NCBI GenBank assembly: GCA_963666285.1
Contig: OY762711.1
From: Sedimentisphaerales bacterium
GTDB lineage: Bacteria > Planctomycetota > Phycisphaerae > Sedimentisphaerales > SM23-30
Reading direction: 5' to 3' (one strand)
Length of the DNA stretch: 64,000 nucleotides
Made by a program: the position numbers and the translations under genes. This document shows positions 30,401-39,700 of the stretch, piece after piece. Every line of letters begins with the position of its first letter. The first letter of the stretch is position 1. Below the pieces are notes generated by a model. It was not told the origin of the DNA and made no database searches. It saw only the letters and a program-made list of their open reading frames with translations.

Positions 30401-31491
30401 GCTTCCAGGATGTCGAACAGATTGTGCTGCCGAAATGCGGTATTGATGTCCTGCAGGTCGATAGCCTTGGTTTCAAAGATGATACTGGTGTGAATGGTGT
30501 GGCCGAATCGCAAAATTATGTGACCGCTAAGTATATTAAAGAGATAGACGTTAATGAAGATATCAGCAACATAGTATTTTTCAGCGGAATCTACACCAAT
30601 AATTATAAGCTGATTGATGTTGATGGTGCTGTAATTGGTACTACCTTCTATGGCAGCTCTATTAGTGAGATGGCTATTACCAATAAAGATCAGGATAATA
30701 ACGCTTTCTATGAAAGTAACTGCTATATAAAGGGTAATATTCGTGAATTCCTTGTCACTCGCGGTGATATCAGTAATAGTAACATAATAACTCAGAAAGG
30801 TTATATCCGTGAATTAACTGTTTCCGATGGTAACCTCGAAGATTCGATTATTACTGCGGGTAATAGTACTATTAAGAAATTCGAGATAAATGCCAGCGAT
30901 CAAAACCCTGACAATGGTAATGTCTCTGGCGATACCTTGATTTCTGCCGACACAAATATAGACAGCGTTTTTATAAAAGGTAATTTTGCAAAGACTTGTG
31001 AAATTGACGCCAATAAAAACATGAAAAAGATTATTGTTAGCGGCGATTGTGCCGGACGAATAGAAGCATTTACTCTCGGAGATCTTATGGTTGGCTACGA
31101 TATTAAGGGCAAACGCCTTCAGGAAAGTGGCGACTTTACCGGATCTGATTTTTCCGGCGACCTGCTTTCAACTCTGAATATTAAAGAGGTGAAGATCACC
31201 GGCCAGATGAAAGATGATAATACCGGTCAATCGAATATTGTTTCAACCTATGGCAATATCAAGAATATCTTTATTGAAGATAACGCAAGGGGTTATATTT
31301 ATGCCGGTAAAAATATTACAACTGTGATGGTAGGGCTTATCGATGGTAAACGTAAGCAGATTGCTAACGAAGATGCCGAGGTTAACCTTGAAATTGATGC
31401 CAGGAATCTTACCAGGCTTTATTACACTGGAACCAGGAATGCCGAGTATGTATTGCCAGGCGATCCGACAATTGTAGATTTGAACCCATAG
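27493..31491 (+). CDS. Large acidic secreted protein (PPC-like N-terminus, probable beta-propeller, C-terminal beta-solenoid-like repeats), function unknown
   Basis: GGAG RBS; hydrophobic leader ending PVYA; GELEDEDDIDTFRF; blade-like repeats (FDTTG.FD..Y..); C-terminal I(K/R)xxxVxG(D/N) repeats; 1332 aa, Asp/Glu-rich. Confidence 0.6.
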   Translation: MFKLLKKSKLDGINTAEIKLLNLLILCIFTFVNLYTTPVYAGPDDTVTPDSGVYVDEGEDNDEDPFDISSYFDFENDVLDVLVNGELEDEDDIDTFRFYAPAGSNIDFQLNLKTIKYNDITSFEAGVDLIVFITDSNTIWTVQDGDVSRLLSDSELADDISELELDQIVINDIWITDDSDIIIAFDNVIYIADLDGNLQLLYSASDIETATGISDPQVVNVASSEGYIYIADLTSLKLLQGDMESTGLTVIADYYDIYDAVDHSGLTVIESLDADTGKFSLFEQTIASTTGTFRPTHMIKVSGSEIYSDGFYCTEFSSSIDGNGGITFITPDESDPTAAVFSQFMPADDAIIHPTCLALDTTGSFDNYMYMANFGSNMGNTFDGKVYQIDADGNATDFVSVYLNSDGEAATKGTDYPTYVTGFYDVIDMKFSNNLGSYGDYLYVLSENIDDDTDLGSDSDIWRITPQGVAHLFAENVMSGAGRIVFDTTGNFDGKMIIVPWYGTSDIVTVDADGTVTTLYDGISSNILGAEIAPAGSIFDGSLLLTLDGGDLVGLNYDPNDLLEETDWASDLPLGDIPGGDIVFDGDKDMYLLAGDEDTKAILKYSELLYSFGDTRIQTTLYNRENDLLHQPHISVQLNDEVAIVKVDDLLEEPTTSVVIDSSEFESDDTLSDIGFCFVPNGNCYIYSNNGKWIKVADWDDDDVAFGSFNEISSISHEEIAAETGQEYPEILNLVVSPELDSEPNILFAVTSNGLNNLPDSVLETPTQNIDDDILYMGYIDDEDYYPTLAYGSDRLNMVLVNISGPTDNQSVSVLEYADPNGVFEYELTELEGGDYTITLVGVVNYNGEYEMLIRNKGVLKEYLIDADNPESTLTLSDGQIVKLAIDGNGQALVTANYNPETGNITDIFEIEISGTNSGTVIDILNNDDPHNLEVKYITINNSVKSLTCHGTIEEVRTESSKSKRIKNLSFQDVEQIVLPKCGIDVLQVDSLGFKDDTGVNGVAESQNYVTAKYIKEIDVNEDISNIVFFSGIYTNNYKLIDVDGAVIGTTFYGSSISEMAITNKDQDNNAFYESNCYIKGNIREFLVTRGDISNSNIITQKGYIRELTVSDGNLEDSIITAGNSTIKKFEINASDQNPDNGNVSGDTLISADTNIDSVFIKGNFAKTCEIDANKNMKKIIVSGDCAGRIEAFTLGDLMVGYDIKGKRLQESGDFTGSDFSGDLLSTLNIKEVKITGQMKDDNTGQSNIVSTYGNIKNIFIEDNARGYIYAGKNITTVMVGLIDGKRKQIANEDAEVNLEIDARNLTRLYYTGTRNAEYVLPGDPTIVDLNP

Positions 31492-31564
31492 ATATATAGA
31501 ACTGAATGTGATTCTAGTAATGATTTTGAGCTATAAGTCTATTGACTGTCTTAATTTAAATAAG

Positions 31565-31597
31565 AAAAAACCCGCAGAGCAATTTGCGGGTTTTTTT
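31565..31597. terminator. Bidirectional rho-independent terminator
   Basis: AAAAAACCCGCA-loop-TGCGGGTTTTTTT between convergent genes. Confidence 0.85.
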
Positions 31598-31618
31598 ATA
31601 TTCTTACGGTAATTTGAA

Positions 31619-32062
31619 TTACCATTTGTCTTCGATTTCTTTGATCTTGTCTACTCGACGTTCATGGCGTCCGCCCTGAAACTCGGTATTGAGCCATGAA
31701 TCTACTATTCTGTTTAGTAGTGTATCATTTACCAGCATAGCAGGCAGGCACAAAACGTTTGCATCATTATGTTCGCGAGCTGTTTGTACGAACATCTCAT
31801 CCTGGCATAATGCGGCACGGATACCTTTTACTTTGTTTGCTACTATCGACATTCCAATACCGCTGCCGCAGATAAGAATACCGTTATCTGCCTCTCCGCT
31901 CGCTACCGCATTACATGCCGGCAGGGCGTAGTCTGGATAGTCGCAGCTTTTAGATTCTCCTGTGCCAAAATCTATTATTTCGTGGCCCGTTTTCTTCAAA
32001 AGGCTTTTTATGAGTTCTTTTGCTTCGTAGCCGCGATGATCGCTTGCAATTGCAATTTTCAT
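31619..32062 (-). CDS. rpiB: Ribose-5-phosphate isomerase B
   Basis: MKIAIASDHRG..DYPD..GILICGSGIGMSIVANKVKGIRAA..AREHNDANVL..FQGGRHERRV. Confidence 0.96.
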   Translation of the reverse strand: MKIAIASDHRGYEAKELIKSLLKKTGHEIIDFGTGESKSCDYPDYALPACNAVASGEADNGILICGSGIGMSIVANKVKGIRAALCQDEMFVQTAREHNDANVLCLPAMLVNDTLLNRIVDSWLNTEFQGGRHERRVDKIKEIEDKW

Positions 32063-32179
32063 TTTATCTTCGCCTCACATTTCCAGTTATAGTTTTGCAA
32101 CTATGTTTGTTAGTGACAGGTGCTTTGTCGGCAACCTGCTGAAATATCTCCTGAACTTGAATGTTTTAGGAGCGGATTG

Positions 32180-33304
32180 TTATTCTAATTCAATTTTGTC
32201 TATAAATCTTTCTATTGCGTCATAAATCTGTTGAGCGCAACTATCGTATATATCCTGTGTGTTGCCTATTGGGTCAGCTATTCCATTAGCATCGAGCATT
32301 TGAGTTTTTGCCGCTGATTCTGGAGCTATACTCAGTATGGTGCTGTAATGGGAGTCTGACATTGCCAGTATATAGTCTGCGTTTTGTATCATCTCTTTTG
32401 AGATGAGGCGAGATTTATGCCCGCTAATATCAACACCTCTGCTTTGGCATGCTTTAACTGATTCCGGGCTCGCCGGATGATTGTCAAAGGCCATGATTCC
32501 AGCAGATGAAATATGATAACCATTTTTTTCCAGCTGGTCAATGTTACATTGTAATTTTTTTGCTATTATGGACCTACCAAAACCTTCTGCCATCGGTGAT
32601 CGGCATGTATTACCTGTACATACGAAGAGGATATTCATTTTTAGTCCTTTTTTTATCATTCTTTCATCTATAACACCTTGTCGCAAAATGTTATATTGAT
32701 TTCCATTGAGTTTAATAATAGTTGAAGGTTTTTGAATCCTGGACGGACCATTATCGATTATTAGATGTACTTTTCCATCTAAGTATTCGGACGCTTTTTC
32801 TGCGGAATATGCCGGAGGCATGCCTGCGGGGTTTGCACTAGAAGCCACTATTGGGCCTTCCGATCTCGACAATAATGGTATGGCCAGTTTGTCTTCAGGA
32901 TACCTGATTCCGATTGAATTGTTAAAGTAAAGTCTATTAAATAAGTCGGGTTTATAGTTTTGCCTGGCTATTTCTAATTGTTTTGCGGTAAGTTCAAAAA
33001 CAAGTGTCAAAGGACCCGGAAAGAATTTTTTGACAAAAAGTTTTTCTAAAATAGTAAGATTTGGCACCAAAGAAAATATTTCCGATTTTTTCCCAACATG
33101 AATCGTAAAAGGTTTATCAGCCGGTCTTTGCTTTAATTCGGTAAGTGTATTCCATCCAAGGTCTATGTCAGCTCTGGCTGCAACACCGTAGACAGTTTCA
33201 GTGGGAAATACTACTATCTTCCCCTCAGCAAATAATTTATGTGCATATTTAACAACAGAATCCATTTCAGAATTGTCTGTTATTTTGCGTATCTCAGTTT
33301 TCAT
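32180..33304 (-). CDS. tsaC: Threonylcarbamoyl-AMP synthase (TsaC/YrdC/Sua5 domain) fused to a low-molecular-weight protein (arginine) phosphatase
   Basis: N-terminal VFPTETVYG..LKQRP..PGPLT..SSANPAG..PSTI; C-terminal ILFVCTGNTCRSPMAEG..SAG..IADPIG; start taken at ATG 33304. Confidence 0.88.
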   Translation of the reverse strand: MKTEIRKITDNSEMDSVVKYAHKLFAEGKIVVFPTETVYGVAARADIDLGWNTLTELKQRPADKPFTIHVGKKSEIFSLVPNLTILEKLFVKKFFPGPLTLVFELTAKQLEIARQNYKPDLFNRLYFNNSIGIRYPEDKLAIPLLSRSEGPIVASSANPAGMPPAYSAEKASEYLDGKVHLIIDNGPSRIQKPSTIIKLNGNQYNILRQGVIDERMIKKGLKMNILFVCTGNTCRSPMAEGFGRSIIAKKLQCNIDQLEKNGYHISSAGIMAFDNHPASPESVKACQSRGVDISGHKSRLISKEMIQNADYILAMSDSHYSTILSIAPESAAKTQMLDANGIADPIGNTQDIYDSCAQQIYDAIERFIDKIELE

Positions 33305-33525
33305 AATGTTAAATTTTGCAGATTGTAATGAATATGTCAACTATACAATTTTGACTGATATTATTGTTTGTGACTTATAGAACAATAGTTCCAATTAAAC
33401 CGGCTGATTTTTAGCTGCTCAGTAAGCCTTCTCCCATGTTTTGTTTCAGCTAAGTGTTTGAAATACCGAAAATTGTATTGAAGTCTCTATGTTGGCTTTT
33501 TACCGTTCATAGAGTCCTTAGAAGC

Positions 33526-33554
33526 TTGACACGAATATATGAAAGAAGTATAAT
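33526..33554 (+). promoter_or_regulatory. Consensus sigma-70 promoter for the metalloprotease gene
   Basis: Exact TTGACA (33526-33531), 17-nt spacer, TATAAT (33549-33554). Confidence 0.8.
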
Positions 33555-33735
33555 AGTTGGACAATAGAGTGTATAACTACGGAGCAAAGCCCACAGGAGG
33601 GAGTAGGAGATTTTGGAAAGAGACTCTAACCTACATGAATTTTTCTATCCTGCATTATATTGCTTTATTGAATATAGCTCAAAATAACTTGCCTGGCGTA
33701 CGCTAATATTTTAAATAATTGGAGAGGTAATTAAT

Positions 33736-36700
33736 ATGAAAACTTCGAGTGGTCGAACTTTTGCTAAATTGCACCTTATCGTTGCATGTTTACTGTCAAC
33801 TTATCTTGCAGCTAATCTATCTGCTATGCCGGTCTATCCCGGATTGCTGAATAAAACACAGCCGGATGGAACTGCTATTCAGATCAGGATGAAAGGTGAC
33901 GAATTTGCTAAATGGCTCACTGACGATCAGGGCTATGCGGTTGTTCAGGATTCAGCAACAAGAACTTACTATTACGCCCAGAAAGCTGCTGATGGTAAAC
34001 TTGAAGCAACTTCATTTGAGGTTGGAAAAGCCAACCCTGCAGCCTCTGGACTAAAGTTAGGGATTACTCCTGATTTGACTGAGGCTAAAAAGGCTGCGGC
34101 CAAGTCAAGATCTGAGGGTGTTAATATCTTTAAGACCAAGGCGCCGGGTGCAGGCGGCGTCCAGACAGTGAGAAACCTGGTTATCCTCGCGGTATTTAAT
34201 GACCAATACGATTCAAAGAATAAGACTGTTATGTCTGGTTATGGCCGACCCCGTATTGAATATGATGCCTTGTTCAATTGGGATGTCCCAAATCTTGGTG
34301 TAGACCCATATAATGCGGCAATAGGTGGTAGTGTGCGTGATTACTGGCTATACAATTCTTATGGCAAGTTAAATCTTGAATCGATTGTTGTGGATTGGGT
34401 TAAGCTCCCTGAAGTTGAAACTTACTATACTGATTACCCGAACGATCCGGCAGAGACCAGATATGCTGAGATGGTAGCCAATGCGTTAACTCGTGTTGAA
34501 GCTGACAATACATTGAACATAGATTTTTCTACTATTGATATTGTTACTGTTGTCCACTCCGGCTGGGGTGCCGAAGGCGGCTATGATCCGGGCGTACATT
34601 CCCATAAAGCTTCTTATCTTTTTCCTATATGGGTTAGTCAGGATGGAGTTGGATTTTCTTCGTATAATACTATCCCGGCTTTATCTGGTGTCGGGCTTGG
34701 TAATAATGAAATTATAAGAATTGGTGTTTCTGTTCATGAACTAGGTCATCATATATTAGGTTTACCAGATCTATATGACACTGATTATACCAGTGGTGGT
34801 GTTGGTAACTGGTGTGTGATGTCTGGCGGTTCCTGGGGATTCGTCGATCCGGCTTATCCTTCCCATCTTAGTGCTCCTTTAAAGGTTAGTGTTGGTTTTA
34901 TTGATCCAATCGAATTGAATATTGAAGACGTTACCAATCCTGACGCTTTAAGAGTTGGCCAGCAGGAACTGGATTTTGCCGATCAATTACTGGAAGAACT
35001 TGATGAGATAGAAAATGTTCGAGATGTTGCAACTTTCCTTGAAATATTCAGCAGGCGTGAATGGCTAAGCGGTCCGTTTTTAGGTGAATATACTACGGAT
35101 GTTGATTTGTTTGCTGAACTAAGAGCAATGATATCGGATATAGTTCCAGTAAGGCCTCCTGAGGAAGAAGATCCTGAAAACCCCATTATAGATACTGATA
35201 TTGCAGAAGTAGATGCCATGCTTAAAGAACTTGATAAGTACGGTTTGCTGGATAATGGGATAATAGGTTTGTATGATTATATAGTTGGCTCAATAGATTA
35301 TTTCAATAATTTATATAGTGAAGTAAATCTTGCAGAAGAATTTGAGGATGATCCTTTAGGTACTCAATTATTACTTGCCACATGGCTCGTAACATTTGAT
35401 GAAAATGTTGAATGGGCCGGTGAATATTATGATATATACCTGCAGCAGTACTATGAAGCTTCTATCGCAGAAGTTGCTGAAGGTGATCCTGATCCGGTTG
35501 AAGCGGTACTTGATATATGGCGGGCCAGTCTTGAGGCGTATAGGGATGAAGTGTATGCACAGGTATATGATCCAGAAAATCTGGTTCTTCCTGACCCTCA
35601 AACAACATTAGGCTGGGGTGCTTACGATATTGGCTTAACAGCAACCGATAATACTGCTTGTTATAAAATTTACCTTGAAAACGACAATCTTGCAGTCAGA
35701 ACTCAGGTTAGTAATGGAGCAGACATTACTACGGCATATGGCGTTTTTGGTGCAGTTGATGAAGATTGGTGGGTGTTATCAAAAGATAAAAGTTGCCTAG
35801 CTAGCAGTTCTATAAATTTTGGCGGCGGCAGTTCAGGTTCTGCATTCTTTACAGGCGGCACACGTGCAGGTTTGCCGTTTGAATCAGGCTTTATGCTTTC
35901 TACAGGTGATTGTAATAAAGCAAAAGGCCCCAATAAAAGTGCTGTTATGAGCTCTGACAATGGCGCAGGAAAAAATGCTGATACAGGTCTGTTTGAAATT
36001 ATAAAACCTGAAGGTGTCGATGAAGGTGATTATCCATATGTTACTTATAATGCAGCCAGCGTAGAATATACCATGGAAAAAGAAAATATGGTTGTTTCTT
36101 TTGATGCTGTATTTGCTTCAGAAGAGTATGAAGATTATACCTGGCCGGATGATGGTTCTCCGCCAGTTGTGTATCGAGACTACTATGCTATTGTAATTGA
36201 TGATGAATATGTTTGGCACGGTCAGATCATTCTTGATTATGATCCAGGTGTTATTTATGCACCGTTTTCCGGAGTGGCGAATATTAATACCGGCGATGAA
36301 AATGAGCCGAACACACCGGCAGATATGTTGAACCTTGATCTGGATTCAACAAAAAACAGCTTCTATATGCCGCTTGTTTTCAGTCGTGATAAAAGTGGTG
36401 TTAGTCGTTTAATGACTGATTATTATTTGTCTCAAAATGATGGCGGTGAAGATGAAATTGCGTTGCCGAGAAAGCTGCCTTCTAATATTGCCTCACTTCC
36501 ATATGTAGGTTTTAATAATAAAAAGGTCCGGTCTGCCACTCCTTATTACAGGGGGACAACTGTGGATCCGGTTAATATGGAAAGTGTTGAAAATAAGGGT
36601 TTCAATCTTGAGTATGAAGCGTTTACCGAGAGAATTTCTTTAGCATTTGATATGAATGCGCTGCGAGATCAGTTCCCTGATGAGTGGGAAAATTTTAGCA

Positions 36701-39700
36701 GTCGTGAAAGCCATACTATCAGGATTGTTATAGCTGATTTTGACAGTAAAGCCAGGCATGAAGCAGAGTACCATGACAACGGTTGTTATGGAGATACCGC
36801 GATATTTATTGAAGCTGGTTCAATGCATCATACGATGTATCAGGCAATTGATAATCGTATGGGTGAATATTTACTGATCGAAAACCGCCAGCCGGTAAGA
36901 AGATTTACAGATATTGCCAATACCGAACTTGAACCCGGTTTTGAAGTTGGTATGCCTTATGGCGGTCTGGCAATCTGGCATATAGATGAAGCGGCTGCTG
37001 TAAACACTAATGAAGGTTATCCGGGCCAGACTTCTTCTTCTGGGTATGAATGGCCATGGAATGGTAATCATTTGGGTGTAGCTTTATTACAGGCTGACGG
37101 AAATTTTGACCTTGAAGCTAATGTGAATGGTTCTGATGGGTATGACTTATTCAGGGCGCCTGATCCGACTGCTCAGCCGCAGAGTGTAGAAGACCCTGTA
37201 TTGTCAGACTACTCGGTCCTTAATGACTTTACGAGTCCTAATACTAAAAAATATTTATGGGGGTGTGTTGCTCCGACATATAACTCGATTTCAAAAATAT
37301 CGCCAGCAGGAAATCATATGAGTTTTGTCTTCATGGAAGATGGAGTTTATAATGATGATTTCAACAGACCTCTCAGTATTAATAAATTTGCTGATTTTGC
37401 ATCTAATGATTCCGGTGTGTGGTGGCCTGGTGAAGCGACATATGATTCTACTGAATGGTGGAAGTATACAGAGACAGGGCAAGTTAAGGAATTTGATAGT
37501 GGTGAGTTTCCTGACGGGCTGCCTGGCGGACATCCTCGCAGAGATCCGGACTTCATACCTGATAAATACCAGATCTACGGTTCTACCGAATATGCAGATA
37601 TAGAATGGATCCCAAATACTTACGATCCTTTCCGTTGGGTGCATGGTCCGAGCTGTAGCCCGGTAGACCCGATAGGTTCGCCATATGATGCTTATGGTGA
37701 TACCGGTAAAACTGTAGATTTGTACGCTCTTTGGTATGAGTTTACTGCTGAAAAGACAGGTTTTGTGACTATAGAGACTTGTACTGCCGGCTTTGATACC
37801 ACTATTTCAGTTTATCGTGATCCTAATCATATTATTGAATTGGAGAAATATAATAACCTGGATTCAGAACTGGGCTGCAATGATGATTATCCAACAGGTG
37901 TTCCGGAATGTGCTTATGCTTCTTACCTGGATTTCTATATGGAAGAAGGTGAGAGTTATTTGATTCGTATTGGCGGATATAATAATGAAAGCGGAACATT
38001 CCGTATGACAATCGAATATGTTGACACACCGGTTAATGATGAGCCGATTGATGCTATCGTTTTGCAGGAAGGTATTTCTGTCGAAGGAAGAACTGTCGGT
38101 GCTACTGGAGAAGATATATCTTCAGGAGGCGGAAACGATTTCTGCGACTTGTGGTATAAATTTACTCCGGCTGAAGCTGATTACTACAAAGTTAAAGTAT
38201 GTGATGGTAAGGCTGACTTGACTGTCGGTGCTTATGTTGACTCTGTTGGAGATTGTAATCCTTCTGATTTTATAGAAGTTACATTCAATGATAACTGTGA
38301 GGATGATCCATTCCAAACATGCCTGAATTGTTCAATAGATTTCCCTGAAGATGAGCGATTCAATACTTATAGCGGTTTGGATGATCCGCAGATTAGCGTT
38401 TGGATGGTGCCAGAGGAAACATATTATATTAGAGTTGCCGGTTCTCACGATAGTTTTGGTGAGTTCATAGTTACACTAGCTCGTCGCCCGGAAGGTGATG
38501 ATTGTGTCAGGGCTATTACTGCTACGGACTTTAATGTCCTTGGATTGGTCTATCAGGGTACTACGGCTTCCTCAAGGCCATCTCTGGCTGCTGACTATCC
38601 TTATGTATCTGCACCTGCTTCAAAAGCTGGATTAAGTGGAGATTATGTGATCGATTTGCTTGATGAAACAACAGTCAAGCCTAATAAGAAATACGTCAAA
38701 GATAACCCTGACAGGGTTCGCTACTCTTTTGCCCAGGCCAATCTGTATTTGGTTAAAAAGGCTATGGCTGTGAGAAATGACTTTGATTTCCAATTAGACT
38801 TGTTTGCAGATACTACCATTATATGTGAGCAGGAAAAACTGATTAAGAAAGGCGATCAGAGGTTTACCTGGACAGGTAAGGTTCAAGGGCTGCCTTATAG
38901 CTTGGTGGTTATATCGGTGGTAAATGATTCTGTTACAGGGTCACTGATAAATGTTGATGGTAAGAACTATACTATTAGCAGTATTCCTGACGGTTTGGTA
39001 ATAGTTGAGGAAGTTGCCCCGACTTCTGAACCTAACCCTGCAGTTGTTTATGATGTGAGCGGCTTGGATTATACTCCGTTAGCAGAGACGAAAGCTCCGC
39101 TTATCGAAAATGGCGAAGTTTGCGACGTCATGGTATTGTATACACCGACAGCTAAAAATATTGTTTCAGGTGTAGATGCAATGGAGTCTATGATCGAATC
39201 CTTTATTACTACTGCTAATATGGTTTATGATAACAGTAACATTAACCTTGAGTTAAGGCTGGTTTACTCTGGCCAGGTTGATTATGTTGAGGCAGAAGGC
39301 GGAGACTATCTTGGAGATCTGGCTTTTGGCGGCATTGACGGAGTGTCTGATCTTCGTGATGCTTATGGAGCTGACCTCGTTTGTATGCTCGTTGACCCAT
39401 CAATGACATCATATGCAGGTGTTGCGTATCTGCCTTCAGATTACTCATTAGATTTCGATTATTTAGGTTATTCTGTAGTTGATGCCAATCCTGGTTATGG
39501 ACTGACATTTACTCATGAACTCGGTCATAATATGGGTTGCGGCCATGCCGTAGATCAGTATATGCAGCAGGGACCGGGTGTATTCGAATATTCTTCTGGA
39601 TGGTATGTTGACGCAGATTCGACTTGTACTGTAATGTCATATCCGGATAAGGATGGAGATGGATTTGGAGACTATAACAGGATACCATATTTCTCTAATC

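Noticed and set aside
33575..33640. c-di-GMP or other riboswitch in the protease leader
   Set aside because: GCAAAG is present but I could not build the required paired stems; needs an Rfam scan
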